Shown here: piece after piece, positions 23,290-30,623 of the stretch
Layout of the letters: each line of letters begins with the position of its first letter
How positions within the stretch are numbered: position 1 is the stretch's first letter
Assembly: GCF_004376175.1 (NCBI RefSeq)
Contig: NZ_SNUY01000011.1
Coordinates: 20,341-52,340, forward strand
From: Halalkalibacterium halodurans
GTDB taxonomy: Bacteria > Bacillota > Bacilli > Bacillales > Bacillaceae_D
Length of the DNA stretch: 32,000 nucleotides
Reading direction: 5' to 3'
The notes under the pieces: model-generated
The model's database searches: none
What the model saw: only the letters and a program-made list of their open reading frames with translations
Told to the model about the DNA's origin: nothing
Made by a program: the position numbers and the translations under genes

Positions 23290-24252
23290 ATGTCATATCC
23301 GTTCACCACTTACAGCGGGCTTCTTACAGCAGAGCACTACCGACGAATGGGGAACGCTATCTGGCTATTCCTTTGGTGTGTTAGCTCGACAACCAAAGAG
23401 GTAGAGCGAGACGGGGAAAAGTGGGGCATTGTTCTTGGGAATAAGCCCCTTAAGATCACCGAATTAGCGGAGATATTCGGTGTGAATGAAAAGACTGTAA
23501 GGCGTTGGGTGAAAGACCTTGCAGAACATGATTATATTCGTGTCACTAGAGCTCCTTACGGTTTAATTTTCAGCGTTAAAAATTCAAAACGCGGACTCAG
23601 TTCGGACAAAAAAGCCCGATCGGACATAAGTGTCCAGTCAGCTAAAGAACGGACAAAAATGTCCGAACCAGAACGGACAGAAACGTCCAATCACCCGGAC
23701 AAAAATGTCCGATCTAATAAAGATATTACAGAGATAAGTAATATTACTACTACTAAATCTAATATAAGGCCGCCAGCCGAAGGAGAAGAAAGTGGCGGGG
23801 TGTCGTTCCCCGGTCCATTGCGTGACGATCGCCAAGGAGAAAACTTTGGTGCAGAAATACCACAAACTTCAGAAGGCGATGCGGTCGACATGCTTGCTAA
23901 TCGCTATCTAGAGCTTAGGGCGTCGGGGTTTAATTTGAAACCAGATGATTATGCATCTATTCAGCGCACTCTCACTACTGTACCAATCAAGGCAGCTATT
24001 AAACTATTAGAGGCCTGCTTCAGAGATTACGAAAAGAGCAAGCGACCTGGATCAAAGATCAATTCATTTTCGTACTGCGAACCGTACATCATAGATCGGT
24101 ATAACGAGCTTATTGCTCGCGAACAAGCAAAGAAGGGCGCGAAAGGAGGAGCGTATGCACCCGATAGGCGAGGTACTGCGAAAGTTGCAGGAAAGAGCAA
24201 AACAATCCCAATCGGTAGCGGTCGCGTCGGCAGAATCGGAAAACGAGCGTGA
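23290..24252 (+). CDS. Phage replication initiator / replisome organiser (wHTH N-terminal domain)
   Basis: The N-terminal LKITELAEIFGVNEKTVRRWVKDLAEHDYIRVTR is a winged-HTH pattern. A low-complexity linker is encoded by the iteron array. The C-terminal domain precedes the helicase-loader gene. RBS AAGGGGGA. Confidence 0.65.
   Translation: MSYPFTTYSGLLTAEHYRRMGNAIWLFLWCVSSTTKEVERDGEKWGIVLGNKPLKITELAEIFGVNEKTVRRWVKDLAEHDYIRVTRAPYGLIFSVKNSKRGLSSDKKARSDISVQSAKERTKMSEPERTETSNHPDKNVRSNKDITEISNITTTKSNIRPPAEGEESGGVSFPGPLRDDRQGENFGAEIPQTSEGDAVDMLANRYLELRASGFNLKPDDYASIQRTLTTVPIKAAIKLLEACFRDYEKSKRPGSKINSFSYCEPYIIDRYNELIAREQAKKGAKGGAYAPDRRGTAKVAGKSKTIPIGSGRVGRIGKRA
23592..23770. repeat. Iteron array plus AT-rich tract (putative phage origin) inside the initiator gene
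   Basis: CGGACAnnAnnGTCC units at 23621-23635, 23650-23664, 23674-23688 and 23696-23710. Units 2 and 4 are identical (CGGACAAAAATGTCC), and each is an internal palindrome GGACA-N4-(T/C)GTCC. Partial copies lie at 23592 and 23603. An AT-rich stretch at 23711-23770 follows immediately. Confidence 0.6.
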
Positions 24253-24964
24253 ATACGATTGTCCGAAGTGCAAAGACCAACGAGGCTACCTCGGTAGAAA
24301 TTCGGAAGGTGATGAGGTTTGGATAAGGTGCTCATGTGTGGAATGGATGAAGGTTCAGAGAATCATGAAAGCTAGTGAGATAACAGATGAATTTCGTAAG
24401 CTAGCTTTTGCCAACTTCGTCACAGAAGGAAAACACGAGTTAATCCTTGAGGCACATGACTGCGCCCTCGAATACTATCAACGCTTTGATGAGATTCATG
24501 GCAATAGACAAAACAGTCTATCCCTTCTTGGCCAACCAGGGACGGGGAAAACGCACTTAATCACGGCCGTTGCAAATAGTCTAATGCGCAAGAAGGGCGT
24601 GCCGGTGCTCTATTTTCCGTATGTCGAGGGATTTAATGACTTACGGGATGATCTCGATGAATTAGAGGTTAAGCTCGAGAAGATGAAGGGCATTGATGTT
24701 CTGTTCATCGATGATTTATTTAAACCAGTGAATAAAAAGCCGCGTGCAACAGAATGGCAGATTGAACAAATGTATGCGGTCATTAATCACCGATATATCA
24801 ATCACAAACCTATTATGGTTTCGTCGGAACTAAACGTTTCTGAATTGATCATAGTTGACGAGGCACTTGGAACGAGAATCTATGAAATGTGCCGAGATTT
24901 CACGGTTGTTTTAGAAGGTGACCCGCTAGAACTGAATCATAGATTGGAGGGGCTTGAACTATGA
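24155..24964 (+). CDS. DnaC/DnaI-like helicase loader (IstB-like AAA+ ATPase)
   Basis: Walker A GQPGTGKTHL, Walker B VLFIDDL, and an N-terminal Cys cluster (CPKC...CSC) as in DnaI-type loaders. ATG 24155 lies 5 nt after AAAGGAGGA. It overlaps the initiator ORF by 98 nt. Confidence 0.8.
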   Translation: MHPIGEVLRKLQERAKQSQSVAVASAESENEREYDCPKCKDQRGYLGRNSEGDEVWIRCSCVEWMKVQRIMKASEITDEFRKLAFANFVTEGKHELILEAHDCALEYYQRFDEIHGNRQNSLSLLGQPGTGKTHLITAVANSLMRKKGVPVLYFPYVEGFNDLRDDLDELEVKLEKMKGIDVLFIDDLFKPVNKKPRATEWQIEQMYAVINHRYINHKPIMVSSELNVSELIIVDEALGTRIYEMCRDFTVVLEGDPLELNHRLEGLEL

Positions 24965-25128
24965 ACGGAACGGTGGAGGATATTGGATACGGTTATTATT
25001 TCAAGCCACCCAGGTTAAGTGAAAAAGAATTTGAACGCCGTTGGGAAAAGCGGAAGGAAGAACTACTGGACATCAAGCGGCGGTGGGAAATCCAAGAAAG
25101 GGAGTGGAAAAAACATGGAGTCAAATGA
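24961..25128 (+). CDS. Small basic protein (55 aa), not in ORF track
   Basis: An ATGA overlap with the loader stop. The translation MNGTVEDIGYGYYFKPPRLSEKEFERRWEKRKEELLDIKRRWEIQEREWKKHGVK looks more protein-like than the alternative-frame N-terminal extension of the next ORF. Confidence 0.45.
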   Translation: MNGTVEDIGYGYYFKPPRLSEKEFERRWEKRKEELLDIKRRWEIQEREWKKHGVK

Positions 25129-25318
25129 TCTATATACTACTTGCCTTCGTTGTGGCCGTCAGCTAAAGACAGCAAGAAGTCGTCAGTTGGGGCTGGGGCC
25201 AACATGTGCCAAAAAAATGAAAGAAGAGCGAGAAAAACAGCAACAGATTAAACTCTTCGAAGTCCAGGGAGAGAACTTTCTTGACGAATTAAAGAAACGT
25301 AAATCAGCAAGCGCTTAG
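25115..25318 (+). CDS. DUF6011-like small zinc-ribbon protein
   Basis: MESNDLYTTCLRCGRQL...LGLGPTCAKK recalls the DUF6011 signature (CxxCGR...G.GP.CAKK). ATG 25115 follows GGGAGTGGA. The track start at 25019 gives a low-complexity extension. Confidence 0.55.
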   Translation: MESNDLYTTCLRCGRQLKTARSRQLGLGPTCAKKMKEEREKQQQIKLFEVQGENFLDELKKRKSASA

Positions 25319-25327
25319 GAGGATCAC

Positions 25328-25849
25328 ATGGTAGTTAACTACGGTAAAAGGGGGATGGCCCTTGAACAGGGCATCATCCATACCAATAGCACATATAGGG
25401 CCCAAGGTATAGCGCTTGTCGATAAAATACCAACACCTTGGCGTGTTTATTATGACAAGCGATCGAATAGAAGTCAGGCCACCCCGATGGAAAAATCGAC
25501 GGTAGATTTTAGCGGAACCATTCGGGGTGGAAGGGCAATTCATTTCGAAGCCAAAAGCACAATAAACAAGACAAGTTTCCCATTAAAAAACATAAGTGAA
25601 CACCAGGTAGATTACCTAATTTCCGTTCAAAATTTGGGGTCAATAGCGTTCTTCATAATTGAGTTCGAGGCATTGAATGAACGGTACCTGGTCCCGATTG
25701 ATTTCATCAAAACGTGTTGGGATCGGATGTTTAAGGGAGGGAGAAAATCAATCGCGATCAAGGAGCTGCGTGAAAATTCGTGGTTGATTCCTACCACAAA
25801 CGTTTATTGTGATTACCTATCGATAGTGTTCAAGCACTTGTGGGAGTGA
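25328..25849 (+). CDS. recU: RecU-type Holliday junction resolvase
   Basis: GIALVDKIPTPW, STVDFSG...GRAIHFEAKST.NKTSFPL.NI.EHQVDYL matches the remembered RecU catalytic core (D...E.K). RBS AGGAGG. Confidence 0.8.
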   Translation: MVVNYGKRGMALEQGIIHTNSTYRAQGIALVDKIPTPWRVYYDKRSNRSQATPMEKSTVDFSGTIRGGRAIHFEAKSTINKTSFPLKNISEHQVDYLISVQNLGSIAFFIIEFEALNERYLVPIDFIKTCWDRMFKGGRKSIAIKELRENSWLIPTTNVYCDYLSIVFKHLWE

Positions 25850-25887
25850 TCAAATGACAACCCTTAAAGATTACCGCATCGATCTAA

Positions 25888-26115
25888 GTGAGGGACGAGG
25901 TGACAGAGTTGAAATACCAAGAAGCTCAACAGGAGCTTAGAAGGATACTTAAGGAGCAGCAAACTGTCAGTGTCCCTAAGCTGAAAAAAATCCTTAATAG
26001 CTTGAATATTTCGCTCAAAAAGCCAAGTTCACAACAGGAGATAGATTATCTGAAAAGTGAAATAAAAAAGCTTAAAAAAATGTTAAAGATAAGGAGCAGA
26101 TTAAATGAAACTTAG
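25888..26115 (+). CDS. Hypothetical coiled-coil protein
   Basis: 75-aa ORF. The start is uncertain: GTG 25888, GTG 25900 or TTG 25909. It overlaps the next gene start. Confidence 0.4.
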   Translation: MRDEVTELKYQEAQQELRRILKEQQTVSVPKLKKILNSLNISLKKPSSQQEIDYLKSEIKKLKKMLKIRSRLNET

Positions 26116-26794
26116 TAGATTTTTCAGGCTTCAAGCGACACTAGATCAACATATCAAGAAGAGAAAAGGCTTGGAAGATAAAGACCTTCTTCTTGATAAG
26201 ATCCAAGCCCTACAAGTGGAACTGGGTGAACTGGCTAACGAATGGCGAGGGTTTAAGTTTTGGAGTAATAAACAAACTCCGGAAGTAGAGCAAGAGGAAT
26301 GCGATTATTGTGGTGAGTACGTAGACCATACAAGACCAAGTCCTTTCATGGGGGATAGTGCCTCAATGTGTAAACCATGTTGGGATATGACAAAGGAAAC
26401 TTATGCATCATCAACTGGTGAACATATTCCTGAATTTGAAGATTACCCGCACTTTAGGAAAAAGGTAGCAAATAAACTTCTAGAAGAATACGTTGATTGC
26501 CTGCATTTCTTCTTATCGATCGGCAACGACCTGAACATTAACGAGAATATGATCTTTAATAAGAGTGGAATCCCAAATGCAAGAACTTTGTTTGCACTCA
26601 TCAACCGCTATGTAGCTGAAATGTGGTGGGTGTATCACGATAAAAAATCAAGTGACGCTGCAGTCAAGTGGTTCCATGCATTCGAACATTATCTACAACT
26701 CGGCGAAGTCCTAGGATTCGCTTGGGAAGAAGTCGAGGAAGCCTATCTAAAAAAGAACGAGATTAATCACGAGCGTCAAGAGTCGGGCTATTGA
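26105..26794 (+). CDS. Dimeric dUTPase-like / all-alpha NTP pyrophosphohydrolase with Cys4 insertion
   Basis: L.VELGELANEWRGFKFW and LLEEYVDCLHFFLSIG resemble the metal-binding helices of the dUTPase_2/MazG-like fold. About 60 inserted residues carry CDYC...CKPC. Confidence 0.5.
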   Translation: MKLSRFFRLQATLDQHIKKRKGLEDKDLLLDKIQALQVELGELANEWRGFKFWSNKQTPEVEQEECDYCGEYVDHTRPSPFMGDSASMCKPCWDMTKETYASSTGEHIPEFEDYPHFRKKVANKLLEEYVDCLHFFLSIGNDLNINENMIFNKSGIPNARTLFALINRYVAEMWWVYHDKKSSDAAVKWFHAFEHYLQLGEVLGFAWEEVEEAYLKKNEINHERQESGY

Positions 26795-26805
26795 GGTGCA
26801 GAAGC

Positions 26806-26946
26806 GTGGATATTAGAAAAGCAACAGATCAACAACTGCATTATATAGCAAAAGATGAGAGTGCGAGGCTTATATATCGTTATGAAGCAGCGAGGGAGCT
26901 GCAGAGGCGGAAGGAAGAGAAGAAACAGGAAAGCCGAGGTGCATGA
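26806..26946 (+). CDS. Small protein (46 aa), not in ORF track
   Basis: GTG 26806 lies 7 nt after GAGGTG. The translation is (M)DIRKATDQQLHYIAKDESARLIYRYEAARELQRRKEEKKQESRGA. Its stop overlaps the next start as ATGA. Confidence 0.4.
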   Translation: MDIRKATDQQLHYIAKDESARLIYRYEAARELQRRKEEKKQESRGA

Positions 26947-27254
26947 TGCAAATTTTAAACACTTATCAAGAAGCAAGCGAGTTGATCAAATTATGTGCCA
27001 TATTTGGTGGAATCGCGTTAATGATATCGATCTTCATCATTGTCTACATGTTGACGGAAAAGGACTATAAAAAGTCTTTAATCGTATGGAGTCTTATCTT
27101 GTTCAGTTTGTCAGTTGGTTTGTTGTATAAGCATTTTACTCTCGAGAAAGACACGTACCATGAAGTCATTATTGAGGACAGTGACAACTTTGATTTTGAA
27201 GCATACGAGATCGTTGAAAGTCGCGGAAAAATCATTGTAGTGAAGGAACGATGA
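26943..27254 (+). CDS. Small membrane protein (2 TM)
   Basis: 103 aa. Hydrophobic stretches LCAIFGGIALMISIFIIVYML and LIVWSLILFSLSVGLL. Confidence 0.55.
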   Translation: MMQILNTYQEASELIKLCAIFGGIALMISIFIIVYMLTEKDYKKSLIVWSLILFSLSVGLLYKHFTLEKDTYHEVIIEDSDNFDFEAYEIVESRGKIIVVKER

Positions 27255-27274
27255 ACCAGAAAGGAGCTGGTTTG

Positions 27275-27391
27275 ATGAAGAAAAGCAGTCAAATGACTAG
27301 GGCTGATTGGATTGAATGGCAAAAGCAGGTCATTCGGGAGGAGTATCGGGATAACTCGTTACCTGATAGGAAAACAAAGGAGAACAACTGA
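27275..27391 (+). CDS. Small protein (38 aa), not in ORF track
   Basis: ATG 27275 lies 7 nt after AAAGGAG. The translation is MKKSSQMTRADWIEWQKQVIREEYRDNSLPDRKTKENN. Confidence 0.3.
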   Translation: MKKSSQMTRADWIEWQKQVIREEYRDNSLPDRKTKENN

Positions 27392-27488
27392 TCTGAGGTG
27401 TGATCCATAAATAAACAATTGAAAAACTCATGGGTATGGACTGAATTGGCCCAAGTAAAGAAACCGGATCGAAAGGCAGGGGAATAAC

Positions 27489-28256
27489 ATGCAGCAACTT
27501 CAAAAAGTTTTTAACTATCACGACGCAGAATTGAGAACGGTCATAATCGATGGTGAGGTTTGGTTTGTTGCAAAAGACGTCTGCGAAATCCTAGAACTCT
27601 CCAATCCTACAAGAGCAGTAAGCAGATTAGATAAAGATGAACGGTCTAACTTCAAGTTAGGGCGTCAAGGAGAAGTCAATATTATCAACGAGTTCGGGCT
27701 ATACAGCTTAGTTTTATCTAGTCGGAAGCCTGAAGCGAAGAAATTTAAAAGGTGGGTCACGCATGAAATCCTCCCGTCAATCCGCAAAACAGGGGTATAC
27801 CAGGTAGAAGCTGCCCCTGCCCCCTCCTATATGATTGAGGACCCGATCGAGAGGGCTAAACAATGGATAAAGGAACAAGAGAAGGTTCGGTTGCTGGAGC
27901 AACGAGCAGCCGAATATGAGGAGAAAGCGAACTACGTGGACCAGATTCTTCTGTCCAGAAAGACCATGACCACCACACAGATTGCCAAGGACTACGGGAT
28001 GAGTGCTCAAAGGCTGAACCAAATCTTGAAAGAAGAAGGCATTCAGTACAAGTTGCGCGGTCAGTGGTTACTCAAGGCAGCCTATCATGATAAGGGTTAT
28101 ACTAAGTCGCGCACCGTCGATATTAGACGCAGCGATGGGCGGGCAGATATCGCTATAAACACGGAATGGACGCAGGAAGGACGTCTTTTTATCCACAAAG
28201 TGTTAACAAGTCGTGGGTATGTGGCTCTTATGGATCGGGAAGAACAACATGCCTAG
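27489..28256 (+). CDS. Phage antirepressor (Bro-N domain + KilAC-type C-terminal domain)
   Basis: The N-terminus F.....LRTVIIDGEVWFVAKDVCEILELSNPTRAVSRLD...INE.GLYSLVL.SRKPEAKKFKRWVTHEILPSIRKTG is a textbook Bro-N/AntA pattern. The C-terminus has TTTQIAKDYGMSAQRLNQILKE. Confidence 0.85.
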   Translation: MQQLQKVFNYHDAELRTVIIDGEVWFVAKDVCEILELSNPTRAVSRLDKDERSNFKLGRQGEVNIINEFGLYSLVLSSRKPEAKKFKRWVTHEILPSIRKTGVYQVEAAPAPSYMIEDPIERAKQWIKEQEKVRLLEQRAAEYEEKANYVDQILLSRKTMTTTQIAKDYGMSAQRLNQILKEEGIQYKLRGQWLLKAAYHDKGYTKSRTVDIRRSDGRADIAINTEWTQEGRLFIHKVLTSRGYVALMDREEQHA

Positions 28257-28278
28257 GTAAATGAGAGGTGTAGAAAAA

Positions 28279-29058
28279 ATGAACGTTCGAGCGGATTTGA
28301 TCAAAAGAGCCTTAAGCAAAAAACACCATCAAGATTTCTTTCTCACCGAAGTGAAGAATGGACCTACTCATTTTGCTTCTGAGCTCGCAATTATAGATGC
28401 CCTAGCTATAAAAAAGAGCTGGGCCAAGCCTTGTATCACAGGGTATGAGGTCAAGGTATCACGTCAAGACTTTCTCAACGACAGCAAGTGGCCGGTATAC
28501 AAAGACATGTGCCATCGCTTCAACTTTGCATGTCCCAAGGGGCTTATTTCGCCTGATGAGGTTCCAGAAGATGTCGGATTGATCTGGTTCAACCCCGAAA
28601 CCGGAGCGTTATATACACGCAAGAAATCAAAATTCCGAGAAATTGAAATGCATGCTGACATGCTCTATTACATCCTTATGAGTCGAGTGCAAAGTGACCG
28701 ACACCCTTTTTTTAGCGATGAAAGGGAAGAGATAGAGGCGTTTATGCAAGATAAAACCCATCGCAGATATTTGGCAAATGTTTACGAGAACAAGCTCGCT
28801 AAACAAGCTGAGCAAGCCATCAAAGAGGCTGAGCAGAAGGAAAATGAAGCAGAAAAGGTAATGGAAAACGCTCGGCGCTTCGAACGTGTAGTTGAAATCA
28901 TGAAAAATAACGGCATTAAATTCCATCGTTGGACATGGGAAGAGGAATTGGACGAAGCTTTGAAACATGGTATGCCAAGGGATTTCCGGATGGTAGTTGC
29001 TCAGTTAGAAAGGGATGTCGAATCGTTAAAAAATATAGCGGGGAACGACAATAAGTAG
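28279..29058 (+). CDS. MmcB-like PD-(D/E)xK protein with C-terminal coiled-coil extension
   Basis: F.TEVKNG.T......IDALAIKKSW..P.ITGYEVKVSRQDFL.D.KW..Y...C..F.F.CP.GLI resembles MmcB-family DNA repair proteins, from memory. ATG 28279 follows GAGAGG. Confidence 0.5.
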   Translation: MNVRADLIKRALSKKHHQDFFLTEVKNGPTHFASELAIIDALAIKKSWAKPCITGYEVKVSRQDFLNDSKWPVYKDMCHRFNFACPKGLISPDEVPEDVGLIWFNPETGALYTRKKSKFREIEMHADMLYYILMSRVQSDRHPFFSDEREEIEAFMQDKTHRRYLANVYENKLAKQAEQAIKEAEQKENEAEKVMENARRFERVVEIMKNNGIKFHRWTWEEELDEALKHGMPRDFRMVVAQLERDVESLKNIAGNDNK

Positions 29059-29180
29059 AAGGATATTGCGAAGGAGTGAAAATTTAGAGTTACTAAAGGT
29101 AGTGATTGGGATTATGAAGACGAAGTGGAAATCAAAAGGAGAATTATGCCTAGTAGAGTCATACTGAGAAGGAGATAAGC

Positions 29181-29501
29181 ATGAACAATCCGCGGGTTTT
29201 CTCTAACCCTTGTGCCATTTGCAGAGTTAGAGAGGCAACTAAATTATGTGATTATGTGACCGGGTATAACAACTCGCCAATTTTTGTTAACAACTATAAA
29301 AAATTCGTTGAATTAAACTCCGGTTGTAGACACGAGACTTGCGATTTGCCAATGTGCGGTGAATGCGCAAAGCAAATGGGGCTGAACGTAGACTTTTGTC
29401 CGCATCATTATAAATTGCACATACAGGCTGAGTTACCGGCAAAGTTAAAGCAAGCGCAGATCAGACAAAAATCTAAACAATATTATGAAATGGAGGAGTG
29501 A
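29181..29501 (+). CDS. Cys-rich (zinc-binding) hypothetical protein
   Basis: 106 aa. CAIC...C, C..ETC..PMCGEC, C.HH. RBS GAAGGAGA. Confidence 0.55.
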   Translation: MNNPRVFSNPCAICRVREATKLCDYVTGYNNSPIFVNNYKKFVELNSGCRHETCDLPMCGECAKQMGLNVDFCPHHYKLHIQAELPAKLKQAQIRQKSKQYYEMEE

Positions 29502-29666
29502 CGGTTGAACATTAATTTTTTCAAAAACATTTAATTGTGTAATAAAAAAACCGCCCCTTTCGGAACGGCAAAACTCTATCGACTTTAGTATATCACATTC
29601 TGAAGGGGGAACATACATGCGCCTTGAGAAGTTAGAGATCAATCCGGAAAAATCGAAATAGATTTA

Positions 29667-29810
29667 ATGAAACGCGAGGGACCATTCGTTGTAGTGGTAT
29701 CTGATGGGCGGGCTAAAATAACGAGTTTACCACCTCATGGTGAAACCAAAGTATTAACTCACCAGGGGAAGGTGAAAAGAATTAAGTTTGACGAGGGAGA
29801 AGAATTTTAA
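29667..29810 (+). CDS. Small protein (47 aa), possibly the 3' part of a frameshifted 64-aa gene starting at 29617
   Basis: ATG 29667 has no RBS. A 14-codon ORF with a strong RBS (GAAGGGGGA-N6-ATG 29617) ends at 29661 in the adjacent frame. Confidence 0.35.
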   Translation: MKREGPFVVVVSDGRAKITSLPPHGETKVLTHQGKVKRIKFDEGEEF

Positions 29811-29831
29811 ATAGTTCTACCAGACATCTGG

Positions 29832-29882
29832 AGGACACTGATTGGATTACGGGATACACGTGTCTGTCGGTGTCCTTTTTTG
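29832..29882 (+). terminator. Rho-independent terminator before the late-regulator gene
   Basis: AGGACAC (29832-29838) pairs with GTGTCCT (29870-29876), then TTTTTT. An additional inner pairing is CAGACA/TGTCTG. Confidence 0.65.
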
Positions 29883-29911
29883 CTTAAAAAAATTTAAGGA
29901 GGCGGTTGTCC

Positions 29912-30415
29912 ATGCAAGAATTGATTGAAGAGTATACAGAGACTTTGCACGACGTCGAAAAAATGCGAGAGAAGGCAGCGGAAGATGACAAAATAATCTT
30001 GGGCAGCATGGCAAGCGATCTTAAATACGCCATTCAGTGGATGAAAACCGGCAGGCAACCAGGCAACCGCAGAGGGGTGGAGAGGCTGGCCGCATATCAA
30101 AAAGAAAAGAGCTTCGATCCGCTAGAAATGCAGAAATTTTTCCGTTCTACATGCGATTCATATTCATGGACAGAGGATGGTCGAGAAGAAAATGCCATCA
30201 CCGAATGGGATAAAATTCGCATTGAGGATGCTCTGTCGGTGCTCACCGATCGTGAAAAAGAAATATATTTGATGTCTCGAGGGCAAATGTTGTCATACGA
30301 TGATATTGCCAAGTTGCTGTGCGTTTCAAAGAGCACAATCCAGACGACGATTGAACGTGCAGAAAATAAAATACGCCAACAAATTTCTCAAAGCCTATTC
30401 TCTTTTACGGGATAG
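29912..30415 (+). CDS. Sigma-70-family late-gene activator (Xpf/ArpU-like positive control factor)
   Basis: Resembles the remembered PBSX Xpf (DL.YA..WM..GR.PGNRRG..R; RIEDALS.LT.REKE..LM; region-4 HTH SYDDIAKLLCVSKSTIQTTIERA). ATG 29912 lies 9 nt after AAGGAGG. Confidence 0.75.
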   Translation: MQELIEEYTETLHDVEKMREKAAEDDKIILGSMASDLKYAIQWMKTGRQPGNRRGVERLAAYQKEKSFDPLEMQKFFRSTCDSYSWTEDGREENAITEWDKIRIEDALSVLTDREKEIYLMSRGQMLSYDDIAKLLCVSKSTIQTTIERAENKIRQQISQSLFSFTG

Positions 30416-30425
30416 GCTTTTTTTG
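30391..30425 (+). terminator. Terminator overlapping the 3' end of the sigma-like gene
   Basis: AAGCCTAT (30391-30398) pairs with ATAGGCTT (30412-30419), followed by a T-run. Confidence 0.65.
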
Positions 30426-30623
30426 TCGTACGAATGCCACCTATATATAAAGAGGTTATTCAAGGTAACGGAGTGAGACGATGGAAATACGCAAAGTACC
30501 TGTTGGGGATTAATACAGGGGACGATCTAAAAAAACTCGTCGAACTTGATCTCCAACTCCAGCGTGACGAGTTTTGAAACAAACACAAACTTAAACCAAT
30601 ATATGGGGGTGGCGGTGATGTAG

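Noticed and set aside
24113-24154. Upstream extension of the DnaC-like ORF, and the long C-terminal tail overlap with the initiator gene
   Set aside because: The extension has no RBS, whereas ATG 24155 has AAAGGAGGA. The 98-nt overlap of the initiator tail is kept as real, because no earlier stop exists.
26855-27070. 71-aa ORF spanning two other candidate genes
   Set aside because: It has an Arg/Gly/Cys-rich unlikely translation and no RBS. It also conflicts with the coupled 26806-26946 and 26943-27254 pair.
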